Shown here piece after piece: positions 54,787 through 63,699 of a stretch of 64,000 bases of DNA. The number at the start of each line of letters is the position of its first letter. Position 1 is the first letter of the stretch. This DNA comes from an uncultured Ruminococcus sp. (lineage in GTDB: Bacteria; Bacillota; Clostridia; Oscillospirales; CAG-382). The notes under the pieces are model-generated. The model was given only the letters and a program-made list of their open reading frames with translations. It did not search any database and was not told where the DNA came from. Position numbers and translations under genes: made by a program. The stretch covers positions 638-64,637 of the forward strand of contig CAZJVB010000010.1 in assembly GCA_964549435.1 (NCBI GenBank), read 5' to 3'.

Positions 54787-55203
54787 ATGAACGAGACAGA
54801 TATTCGCAAATATGCGGTGCTGATGCAGGAGTTGGGGCTTACCGGTCTTGAGATCACCGATGAGAAATGCAAGGTGCGCCTTGAGCGCGCCGTTTCCACA
54901 GCGGAAGACACGGTGAAGGTCGGAGCGGCGCCCGCATCTGTATCCTCTGCAGCAGATAACGGGGCGTATATCAGCGTTAAATCTCCCCTTGTCGGCGTAT
55001 TTTATGCAGCTCCTGCTGAGAATGCCGATCCGTATGTATCGATCGGTGACCGCGTGAAAAAAGGGCAGACTCTTTGTATCGTGGAGGCGATGAAGCTGTT
55101 GAATGAAATCACCGCCGAGGACGACGGCATGATTTCGGAAATCTGCGTTACCAACGGACAGGTGGTTGAATTCGGAACGGAATTGTTCCGGATCAAGAGG
55201 TAA
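54787..55203 (+). CDS. accB: Biotin carboxyl carrier protein
   Basis: ORF trimmed to MNETDIRKY. The biotinylation motif is VEAMKLLNEI. Confidence 0.9.
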   Translation: MNETDIRKYAVLMQELGLTGLEITDEKCKVRLERAVSTAEDTVKVGAAPASVSSAADNGAYISVKSPLVGVFYAAPAENADPYVSIGDRVKKGQTLCIVEAMKLLNEITAEDDGMISEICVTNGQVVEFGTELFRIKR

Positions 55204-55206
55204 GAG

Positions 55207-55623
55207 ATGAACAGAGAAGACATCATGAAAATATTGCCTCACCGAGAGGATATGCTGCTTCTGGATGATGTGGAAAGCAGGGAAGGCGCCGCCATCGGTC
55301 ATTATACCATACGGAAGGACGCGTTTTTCCTGAAGGGGCATTTTCCGGATTACCCGATCGTTCCCGGTGTGATCCTCTGTGAAATCCTGGCGCAGTCTGC
55401 CTGTGTTTTGATGCAGGACGTCATGGGTGAGGGAAGGATTCCCGTTTATACAGGTCTTGATCATGTGAGATTCCGTTCTCCGGTCAGACCGGGGGATACC
55501 GTGGAAACGAGATGCCGCATCAAAAGGGCAAAGCACCCCTTTTATTTTGCGGAAGGTACGGTGACGGTAGAGGGAAGACTTTGCCTATCCGGCGAATTTT
55601 CGTTTGCAATTACGGGGGAGTAA
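55207..55623 (+). CDS. fabZ: 3-hydroxyacyl-ACP dehydratase
   Basis: 138 aa. LPHREDMLLLD and GHFPDYPIVPGVILCE. Confidence 0.95.
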   Translation: MNREDIMKILPHREDMLLLDDVESREGAAIGHYTIRKDAFFLKGHFPDYPIVPGVILCEILAQSACVLMQDVMGEGRIPVYTGLDHVRFRSPVRPGDTVETRCRIKRAKHPFYFAEGTVTVEGRLCLSGEFSFAITGE

Positions 55624-55626
55624 GTG

Positions 55627-56934
55627 ATGTTCTCAAAAATACTGATCGCCAATCGCGGTGAGATTGCCGTCCGGATTATTAGAGCCTGTAAGGAGATGGG
55701 TGTTTCCACGGTAGCGGTATATTCTGAAGCGGATAAAAATGCCCTTCATGTGGCGCTTGCCGACCAGAGCTATTGCATAGGCGGTCCGGAGGCTTCGGAA
55801 AGCTACCTGAACGAAAATCAGATCATCAGTGTGGCTGTACTGGCAGGCGCCCAAGCGATACATCCCGGCTACGGATTTCTTTCGGAGAACGCTCACTTTG
55901 CCCGTCTTTGCAGAAAAAACGGCATTGTGTTTATCGGTCCGGATCCGGAGAGCATGGAGCGGCTCAGTGACAAAGCGGTCCTCAAGGAATTGATCCGCAA
56001 TACAGGGCTTTCCGTAATCCCCGGCACGCAGGCGGTTGCATCCGCAGAGGAAGCCAAAAAAGCAGCCGACCGCATCGGGTATCCCCTGATGCTCAAGGCG
56101 TGTGCCGGTGGCGGTGGTCGGGGAATCCGGCTTGTCCGGACTGCGGACGATCTGGAGGAGGCGTACCTGCAGGCGACAAGTGAAGCATGCAGTGCCTTTG
56201 GAGATGGCAGTCTCTATTTGGAAAAGTATATTTTTCCGGCACGGCATGTGGAGCTTCAGATCCTTGCCGATGAACGCGGAAATGCGGTTTGTCTCGGTGA
56301 CAGGGATTGCTCCCTGCAGCGCCGTAATCAGAAGCTCATTGAGGAAACGCCATCTCCCGCTGTCAGTGAGGAGCAGAGAAACAGCATCATGACGCTTGCG
56401 GCGGATGCGGTAAAAAAAATTGGCTATGTCGGCGCCGGTACGCTGGAGTTTCTGCTGGATCAGGGCGGGCGCTTCTGGTTTATGGAGATGAATGTCCGTC
56501 TGCAGGTGGAGCACTGCGTCACCGAAATGCTGACGGGGATCGATCTGGTAAAATGGCAGATTCGTATTGCGGCGGGGATTCCCCTGAACTTTACACAGAA
56601 GGAGATCCGAATGCAGGGCTCTGCGATCGAGTGCCGTATCAATGCTGTTGGCTGCGGGACGCTGCACATGCTCCATGTGCCCGGAGGGCCTTCCGTGCGG
56701 TTTGATACCTGTCTGATGGAAGGCACAGTGATATCGCCTTATTACGACTCGCTGCTCGGCAAGCTGATCGTGTTTTCCAAGACAAGGGAAGAAACCCTCA
56801 GAAAGATGCGGGCTTCCCTATGTGAGCTTGTGATTGACGGCATTCCGACAAATATTGAAGAACAACTGCGCATCGTTGAGGACGAGCGGTTTACCTCCGG
56901 TAGCTATGACCTTACTTTTATGGGCAATAGGTGA
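55627..56934 (+). CDS. accC: Biotin carboxylase
   Basis: MFSKILIANRGEIAVRIIRAC and the ATP-grasp motif GGGGRGIR. The start is either ATG 55627 or GTG 55624. Confidence 0.95.
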   Translation: MFSKILIANRGEIAVRIIRACKEMGVSTVAVYSEADKNALHVALADQSYCIGGPEASESYLNENQIISVAVLAGAQAIHPGYGFLSENAHFARLCRKNGIVFIGPDPESMERLSDKAVLKELIRNTGLSVIPGTQAVASAEEAKKAADRIGYPLMLKACAGGGGRGIRLVRTADDLEEAYLQATSEACSAFGDGSLYLEKYIFPARHVELQILADERGNAVCLGDRDCSLQRRNQKLIEETPSPAVSEEQRNSIMTLAADAVKKIGYVGAGTLEFLLDQGGRFWFMEMNVRLQVEHCVTEMLTGIDLVKWQIRIAAGIPLNFTQKEIRMQGSAIECRINAVGCGTLHMLHVPGGPSVRFDTCLMEGTVISPYYDSLLGKLIVFSKTREETLRKMRASLCELVIDGIPTNIEEQLRIVEDERFTSGSYDLTFMGNR

Positions 56935-56938
56935 ATAT

Positions 56939-57790
56939 ATGGCTTTGATCAATTTTTTAAAACCGAAAAATCAGTTGGAGGAAGGCGGCCGTGCCGCAGC
57001 TCCCGTACAAAGGGACGACGGTGAGCCGGAAAGAAACTGCCCGAATTGCCATAAGGATATTCCGCTGAGCCGTCTCTGGGCAAACAATCTGGTTTGTCCC
57101 TGCGGATACCATTTTCGTATGAAAGCCCGTCAGCGCATCCAGATGCTTGCGGACAAGGACAGCTTTCATGAGCTGTACCCGGAAATGAAAGCCGGGAATC
57201 CCCTTAACTTCCCCGGATACCGGGAGAAGATCGAAACGGCACGCGCCGGCAGCGGCGAGGAAGAAGCGGTGGTGTGCGGCACTGTCAGGATCGGCAGACA
57301 AAAAACCTGCCTGTTTGTGATGGAATCCTATTTTATGATGGGCAGCATGGGCAGTGCTGTTGGGGAAAAGATCACCGCTTTATTTGAATATGCAGCAAAG
57401 TACCGTCTGCCGGTCGTCGGCTTTACCGTTTCGGGCGGAGCACGTATGCAGGAGGGGCTGCTGTCGCTTATGCAGATGGCGAAAACCAGTGCAGCGGTCA
57501 AACGGCACAGCGATGCAGGGCTGTTGTATGTTGCCGTCCTGACCGATCCTACTACGGGCGGCGTTACTGCCAGCTTTGCCATGGAGGCGGATATTATTCT
57601 TGCCGAACCGGGAGCAACAGTGGGCTTTGCCGGCGCAAGAGTCATAGAGCAGACGACGAAAAGGTCGCTGCCGAGGGAGTTTCAGAAATCGGAATTCGTA
57701 TTGGAGCATGGATTTATTGACAGTATCGTCGTCAGGTCCAATCAGAAGAAGTATTTGACGGAGCTTTTGAAAATGCACGGACGGGAGTGA
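56939..57790 (+). CDS. accD: Acetyl-CoA carboxylase carboxyltransferase beta subunit
   Basis: ORF trimmed to MALINFLKPK. It has the Zn-ribbon CPNC...CPCG and the carboxyltransferase domain. Confidence 0.9.
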   Translation: MALINFLKPKNQLEEGGRAAAPVQRDDGEPERNCPNCHKDIPLSRLWANNLVCPCGYHFRMKARQRIQMLADKDSFHELYPEMKAGNPLNFPGYREKIETARAGSGEEEAVVCGTVRIGRQKTCLFVMESYFMMGSMGSAVGEKITALFEYAAKYRLPVVGFTVSGGARMQEGLLSLMQMAKTSAAVKRHSDAGLLYVAVLTDPTTGGVTASFAMEADIILAEPGATVGFAGARVIEQTTKRSLPREFQKSEFVLEHGFIDSIVVRSNQKKYLTELLKMHGRE

Positions 57791-57802
57791 GGGAGTGAAG
57801 CT

Positions 57803-58603
57803 ATGAACGCAGTGCCTTATGATCGGGTGAAACTTGCCCGGGAGAATGCAAGACCTACGGGGCTTGATTATATCAAGCATATTTTCAGAGGGTTTATTGA
57901 ATTTCACGGCGACCGCCGCTACGCGGATGATCCCGCCATTGTAGGCGGCATTGCAAGATTGAACGGAAATCCGGTAACGGTGATAGCGATTGAAAAGGGG
58001 CATACGGTGAAGGAACGTACCTACCGTAATTTCGGTGCGCCTCATCCAGAGGGCTACCGCAAGGCGCTTCGCCTTATGAGACAGGCGGAAAAATTCGGCA
58101 GGCCGATCATCTGCCTGATCGATACTTCAGGTGCTTGCTGCGGCGTCGGAGCGGAAGAGCGCGGTCAGGGACAGGCGATTGCCGAGAATCTGATGGAAAT
58201 GACGACCATTTGCGTCCCTATCATCTCCATTCTGATTGGAGAAGGCGGCAGCGGCGGCGCGCTGGCGCTTGCGGTTGCAGACCGTGTGTGGATGCTGCAG
58301 AATGCCGTCTATTCGGTCATCTCTCCCGAGGGCTGCGCCAACATTCTCTGGAAGGACTCTGCAAAAGCCGAAGCAGCGGCGGCAAGCCTGAAGCTGACTG
58401 CCGAGGACGCAAAAAGCCTCGGCGTCATCGAACGCATTCTTTCGGAGGCCGATATCGGGAAAAGGGAATTTTATGACCGTATCCGCACGCTGCTGGCCGA
58501 AGAATTAAGCCGACTTTCAAACGACCTTGATTTGGTCGGGAAACGTTATGAACGGTTTCGCCGTATCGGCGCCGATACGGTGATCAATAAGGAGCGACTA
58601 TGA
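57803..58603 (+). CDS. accA: Acetyl-CoA carboxylase carboxyltransferase alpha subunit
   Basis: 266 aa. RPTGLDYI, DTSGACCGVGAEERGQ and IGEGGSGGALA. Confidence 0.9.
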   Translation: MNAVPYDRVKLARENARPTGLDYIKHIFRGFIEFHGDRRYADDPAIVGGIARLNGNPVTVIAIEKGHTVKERTYRNFGAPHPEGYRKALRLMRQAEKFGRPIICLIDTSGACCGVGAEERGQGQAIAENLMEMTTICVPIISILIGEGGSGGALALAVADRVWMLQNAVYSVISPEGCANILWKDSAKAEAAAASLKLTAEDAKSLGVIERILSEADIGKREFYDRIRTLLAEELSRLSNDLDLVGKRYERFRRIGADTVINKERL

Positions 58604-60234
58604 GCATATATCAAAAGTTTTGTACCGAGCTGACCGACGAAACCGGCTTCCTGAAAAAGCTCACCCTTGCGTATCCCGAAAATTTCAATTTCGGATATGA
58701 TGTGGTCGATGCGATTGCTGATAAGACGCCGGATAAAAGGGCACTTGTCTGGTGCAATACCGCGCAGGAAGAGCATCTCTTTACCTTTGCCGATGTCCAA
58801 GGCTACAGCAACAGGATTGCCAATGTATTGCAGCATGCCGGCATCGGTCGCGGAGACAGAGTGATGCTGGTACTGAAGCGCCATTATGAATACTGGTTTA
58901 CGGCGGTGGCGCTTCATAAGCTGGGCGCCGTCATGATTCCCGCAACCCATATGCTGACAGAAAGCGACTTTGTTTACCGCATCAGATCCTCTGAGGTAAA
59001 GGCCATCATATGCACTGCACAGAATGGAGTACCTGAAAAAATCAGATCCGCTCTCAAGCAGTCGAAAAGCACCGCATTGCTTTGGTGTGTACAGGAAGAC
59101 CGGGACGGGTTTGAAAATCTTACGAAAGCCATGGAAGCGGAAAGCGACAAGTTTGCCCGTCGGGAGACGCTTGCCTCCGATCCCATGATGCTTTACTTTA
59201 CCTCCGGAACGACCGGCTATCCCAAAGGCGTTATCCATGATCATACGTATCCGCTGGCGCATATTGTGACCGCAAAGTATTGGCATCAGGCCGAAGATGG
59301 CGGGCTGCACTTTACCGTTGCCGAAACGGGCTGGGCAAAGGCTTCCTGGGGCAAGCTCTACGGACAATGGCTGGTGGGCAGTGCGGTTATGGTCTATGAC
59401 TTTGATACTTTTGATCCCAAGCAGCTTACGACCGTCATCAATCGTTACGGCGTCACCTCTTTCTGTGCGCCGCCTACCGTGTACCGATACCTTGTACGCA
59501 AGGGAATTCCCGATATGCCGACGCTGAAGCATGCCTCCACCGCAGGGGAAATGCTGGCGCCCGAGGTGTTCCGTAAATTCACCGAGCGCACGGGGCTGCC
59601 CCTCTGCGAGGGCTACGGGCAGACCGAAACCACACTGCTGATGGCGAACTTCAAGGGGAAAGCTCCCGTAGAGGGTTCTATGGGGACGGTCTCCCCCTTT
59701 TATCAAATTGCGCTGCTGGACCAATGCGGTCAACCCGTACCTGTCGGTGAGGTGGGTGAGATTGTGATCGTTCCGCCGGAAAATGGGAAACAGCCCGGCG
59801 TGTTTACGGCATACCTCAACAACGAGGAGCAGTATAACCATGTATGGCGCGGCGGTGTGTATCATACGGGCGATGCGGCTTATATGGATGAGAACAACCG
59901 CTACTGGTTTCACGGCCGGTTTGATGATATTATTAAGACCGGCGGCTTCCGTGTGGGTCCCTATGAGGTGGAAAATGTGTTGATGGAGCATCCGGCTGTA
60001 GTAGAATGCAGCGTAATTGGTGTTCCCGATGCACTTAGGGGACAGGCGATCAAGGCGATTATTATTCTCGGAACCGGATATTCCCCCTCCAAGGAATTGG
60101 AAATGGAAATCAAGGAATTCTGTAATCAAAAGCTTGCAGAATACAAATGGATCCGTATCATCGAGTTTGCAGAGGAGATGCCGAAAACCATCAGCGGAAA
60201 GATTCAGAAGCATGTACAGCGCAGCAGAGGCTGA
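58600..60234 (+). CDS. AMP-dependent acyl-CoA synthetase/ligase (medium-chain ACSM-like)
   Basis: 544 aa. The AMP-binding motif is YFTSGTTGYPKG, with YGQTE and the C-terminal SGKIQK. Its ATG overlaps the accA stop (ATGA at 58600-58603). Confidence 0.9.
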   Translation: MSIYQKFCTELTDETGFLKKLTLAYPENFNFGYDVVDAIADKTPDKRALVWCNTAQEEHLFTFADVQGYSNRIANVLQHAGIGRGDRVMLVLKRHYEYWFTAVALHKLGAVMIPATHMLTESDFVYRIRSSEVKAIICTAQNGVPEKIRSALKQSKSTALLWCVQEDRDGFENLTKAMEAESDKFARRETLASDPMMLYFTSGTTGYPKGVIHDHTYPLAHIVTAKYWHQAEDGGLHFTVAETGWAKASWGKLYGQWLVGSAVMVYDFDTFDPKQLTTVINRYGVTSFCAPPTVYRYLVRKGIPDMPTLKHASTAGEMLAPEVFRKFTERTGLPLCEGYGQTETTLLMANFKGKAPVEGSMGTVSPFYQIALLDQCGQPVPVGEVGEIVIVPPENGKQPGVFTAYLNNEEQYNHVWRGGVYHTGDAAYMDENNRYWFHGRFDDIIKTGGFRVGPYEVENVLMEHPAVVECSVIGVPDALRGQAIKAIIILGTGYSPSKELEMEIKEFCNQKLAEYKWIRIIEFAEEMPKTISGKIQKHVQRSRG

Positions 60235-60399
60235 GGGAACCGGGGGCTGGGGGAGGAACTTTGATTGCCGCAGGGACCGTCAGGCGGTAAAGCGGCATAT
60301 ACCGAATGTGCAGGTATCTGAAGGTGCACAGTATGCGTTATGGAGGCAAAACGCACGGGCATAACGGGGACATTTCTGTCATGCATGCGTTATAACGGA

Positions 60400-60428
60400 T
60401 TGCACTTTTCGAAAAATTGTGGTAGAAT
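60400..60428 (+). promoter_or_regulatory. Extended -10 promoter for the PAS regulator
   Basis: TTGCAC (60400-60405), 17 nt including TG at 60420-60421, TAGAAT (60423-60428). Confidence 0.55.
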
Positions 60429-60485
60429 GAAATCCGGAAGCTCAGTGAAAGGAAGAAATTTTACCTTCGCATATAAGGAGACGCT

Positions 60486-62489
60486 ATGAAAAACATATGG
60501 AATGATAGGGAGGCTATTCTGAACAGCAGCATCAGCGGCTTTCATGTATATGCCTTGACGGATCCGGTTCATTTGAGCTATGCAAGTGAAAACTTATGCC
60601 GAATGGTAGGATTCACGGAAGGGGAGCTTTTAAGCGAAAAGGAGGACCGGTACGAAGCACTGGTGTATCCGGCTGATCTTGCGCTTTATTCGGAATTTGT
60701 ACAGAAGCTGAAAGAAAGGGAACAGACGTGTACGGCTGAGTACCGCCTTGTGAAAAAGGACGGTACGATGCTGTATGTTCGGGATACCGTCGCCGTCAGG
60801 AAGGGGGAGAACGGCTCTCTTGCGGGATATTCTGTTCTGACGGACATCACCGATATCAAAAAGGAGAACGACAATCTGCAGTTTCTGAATGAAACGATTC
60901 CCTGCGGATTTTTGAAATACACCTGCGAAAAACAACCGAAAATTACCTACATCAACCGGCAGATGATGGAGTTCCTGCGTTTCCCCGAAGTCCGGGATGG
61001 GGAGCTTGATTATCTGGAATTATATAAGGATAACATCTTTTTGATGGTCCCTATGGAGGAGCGCCGCAGATTTGCCTTGTATCTGAACCGCGTATATACT
61101 GCCGGGACACCGGTTGCCAACGAAATGACACTGCTCCGCTGTGACGGAACCAGAGCATACATGTTCGGATGGGTTACCAAATGCGTGAACGAACAGGGGA
61201 AAGAGGAATTTCAAAGCGTCTGTATGGATGTTACCGACCAACATCAGGCGAAGAAAGCCAATGAAGCCCAACGGTATATCCGGACGTTGACCGATGTTTA
61301 TGATAAGATCTTTGAATACGATCTCAGCTCGAACACCGTAAAATGCCTGCACAGCAATAACTCCCCTATGTTCAAATGGTCTGAAAATATTCCGATGCAA
61401 CTGGAGGACGCCACTGAAAAATGGATTTCAGCAACGGTGGTTTGGGAGGACTGCGACAGGGTTCGCGCATTTTTCCGGGATTTTCGCCGGAAGAAGTTAT
61501 ATAAAGCAGGGGAAAGGCCGCCGCAAATCACCTATCGCGCGAAGTCCTCAAGCGGTGAGGCGAGACTGTACAGCGGCATTTTCTTAAAGATGGATGATTC
61601 CGTCAGCCTTTACTGCTGCCGTCAGGTTCCTGATATGGAGGAGGCGGATCATCTGCGTTCCGAAAACGTATCTTTGAAGGAAAACATGCAGGAACTGATG
61701 ATGCGTTTCACGGACGGGATAGCAGCTTTTGAGATCACTGACGACTTGGTAATCCCGTTGTATGCCAGTGATAATGTTTATGAGTTTTTTGGATTTACCA
61801 AAGAGGAATGGCTTCCTCTGATGAAAAAGCGCACGCCGATCAAAGAGTTCGTTTCCCGCAGCAAGGTTGCCTATGAAGATATTATGGAGCTTCTTCGAAC
61901 CGGCGCTGCGGAGTTCCCCTATTTTGATTTGGAAACGGAAACCGATCGGCGCATCAAGGCGATCTGTTCTCAAAAGGCTTCCGGCGGCTCTTCTCCGCGG
62001 TATATCATGCTTTACAATGTAGAGGAGACGAAGGCCGAAAAGGGGAAGGAAGCGACGGACAACCGCGTCGTTTCTATTCGTACATTCGGTTACTTTGATG
62101 TTTTTGTCGGGGAAAAACCGATTGCGTTCCGCAACAAAAAATCGAAAGAATTGTTCGCTCTTCTGGTTGACCGCCGCGGCGGCTTTGTTTCCTCAGAGGA
62201 AGCTATCAGCTTTTTATGGGAAGAGGAGCCGGTCAATCAGGTGACTTTAGCGCGGTATCGCAAGGTGGCGCTCAGGCTGAAAAACATTTTAGAAGAATAC
62301 GGCATCCCGGACGTCGTGGAGTCTGTGGACGGCGCGCGCCGGATCGTGACTGAGGCGGTGCAGTGTGACCTTTATAATTACCTTTCCGGCAAAGAAGAAT
62401 ATGCCCAGCTTTTCAAAGGCAGCTATTTGGTCAACTACAGCTGGGGCGAAAATACCTTGGCAGAACTGACCAATAAGCTCTGGCTTTAA
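60486..62489 (+). CDS. One-component regulator: several PAS-like modules plus a C-terminal OmpR/SARP-type winged-helix DNA-binding domain
   Basis: 667 aa with no receiver domain. PAS-like blocks include LCRMVGFTEGELL...YRLVKKDGTMLYVRD. The C-terminus is IRTFGYFDVFVGEKPIAFRNKKSKELFALLVDRRGGFVSSEEAISFLW. Confidence 0.75.
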   Translation: MKNIWNDREAILNSSISGFHVYALTDPVHLSYASENLCRMVGFTEGELLSEKEDRYEALVYPADLALYSEFVQKLKEREQTCTAEYRLVKKDGTMLYVRDTVAVRKGENGSLAGYSVLTDITDIKKENDNLQFLNETIPCGFLKYTCEKQPKITYINRQMMEFLRFPEVRDGELDYLELYKDNIFLMVPMEERRRFALYLNRVYTAGTPVANEMTLLRCDGTRAYMFGWVTKCVNEQGKEEFQSVCMDVTDQHQAKKANEAQRYIRTLTDVYDKIFEYDLSSNTVKCLHSNNSPMFKWSENIPMQLEDATEKWISATVVWEDCDRVRAFFRDFRRKKLYKAGERPPQITYRAKSSSGEARLYSGIFLKMDDSVSLYCCRQVPDMEEADHLRSENVSLKENMQELMMRFTDGIAAFEITDDLVIPLYASDNVYEFFGFTKEEWLPLMKKRTPIKEFVSRSKVAYEDIMELLRTGAAEFPYFDLETETDRRIKAICSQKASGGSSPRYIMLYNVEETKAEKGKEATDNRVVSIRTFGYFDVFVGEKPIAFRNKKSKELFALLVDRRGGFVSSEEAISFLWEEEPVNQVTLARYRKVALRLKNILEEYGIPDVVESVDGARRIVTEAVQCDLYNYLSGKEEYAQLFKGSYLVNYSWGENTLAELTNKLWL

Positions 62490-62532
62490 AGGTCTGCAAA
62501 GCGGAATCCGCACCTCTTGAACAGGAGAACAA

Positions 62533-62952
62533 ATGATGCATACATATATTCGAAAGGTTCATTATTACGAGACGGATAGAATGGGCATTACGCACCATTC
62601 CAACTATGTGAGATGGATGGAAGAAGCACGGGTGGAGTTTCTGAAAAGTGTGGGCTATGGCATGCGGAAGCTGGAAGAGACCGGGATTACTTCCCCTGTC
62701 GTATCTGTTGCATGTCAGTATCTGTATCCTACCACCTTTGACGATGAGATCAAAATTGAAATTTCGCTTGAGAAGTATACCGGCGTCAAGCTTGTCATGA
62801 ACTACACCATGACCAACATCGAAACCGGAAGGGTGGTTTTAACGGCGACGTCAACCCACTGTTTTATTGATAAAAGCGGCAGACCGATTGCTGTCAGAAG
62901 GTATTTTCCGGAATTTGATGAGGTGCTCAGAAAGCAAGCGTCAGAGCCATAA
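62533..62952 (+). CDS. 4HBT/YbgC-type acyl-CoA (or acyl-ACP) thioesterase
   Basis: 139 aa. VHYYETDRMGITHHSNYVRWMEEARVEFL is the typical hot-dog thioesterase N-terminus with the catalytic Asp. Confidence 0.85.
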   Translation: MMHTYIRKVHYYETDRMGITHHSNYVRWMEEARVEFLKSVGYGMRKLEETGITSPVVSVACQYLYPTTFDDEIKIEISLEKYTGVKLVMNYTMTNIETGRVVLTATSTHCFIDKSGRPIAVRRYFPEFDEVLRKQASEP

Positions 62953-62954
62953 AT

Positions 62955-63616
62955 AACCGTAGGGAAGGTGCCGAAAGCGCGTTATCTTCCGAAGTAAAGT
63001 TGCTATTTCAACTTTATAGACCTCAAAGTGGAAAAATTGAAATGGATGGAAAGCCCGCGAAAGCGTATGTGTTACAAGCATATCGCGAACGGTTTGGTGT
63101 AGCGTTTCAGCATACGGAACTCTATGCGGTATCCGTATTGGAAAACGTACTGATGACCCCGTGCGAAGCAGGAGATACGGGGGCTAAAGAACTTGTAGAA
63201 GATGCATTGAAAAACAGCAAACTATATGAGCGTATAGAGAATGAGGAGGGAGATCTAGACGCAACGCTGACCAAGGAGTTTGATCAGGAGGGTAAGAACT
63301 GTCTGGAGGACAGGCTCAAAAATTAGCATTGGCTCGAGTGTTCGCCCGTGATTGCGGAATCGTTATTCTGGATGAGCCAGCGGCGGCACTGGATCCGATT
63401 AGCGAGATTGAAATGTACGAAAGTATGTTGAATGCCATGACGGACAGGACGGTTATTTTGATCTCCCACGGAGTATCCGCGTGCCGAACTGCAAACCGAA
63501 TCTATGTGATAGAAAATGGAGGAGTGGCAGAGCAGGGTTCGCATAGCGAACTATTTTTTTGCTATCGTAAAAGAAAATACCGCGAGATAATTTCGCATAT
63601 TGCAGCAAGATATTAG
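62955..63616 (+). pseudogene. Remnant of an ABC transporter ATPase domain: N-terminally truncated and frameshifted
   Basis: ORF 63000..63326 covers the region after Walker A (LFQLYRPQSGKIEMDGKP...). The signature LSGGQAQK (63299-63322) and Walker B ILDEP are in a different frame (ORF 63329..63616). A single missing nt near 63299 (aac-ctg read as aactg) explains the shift. No TMD or intact Walker A lies upstream. Confidence 0.7.
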
Positions 63617-63699
63617 ATTTTGCAAAAGCAATGGTATGGAAATGCTTGATAACAAGTGATAAGCTTTTCGTGCTATAATAACACATCGGGAGATAATAT

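Noticed and set aside
58546-60213. 555-aa ORF antisense to the acyl-CoA synthetase gene. Similar long shadow ORFs are 53423..54754(-), 54751..55536(-), 55633..56676(-) and 57380..58045(-), antisense to the fab/acc genes.
   Set aside because: Each lies opposite a gene with unmistakable family motifs. Their products are Arg/His/Gly/Pro-rich with no motifs and no SD. This is typical stop-codon-poor antisense reading in GC-rich coding DNA.
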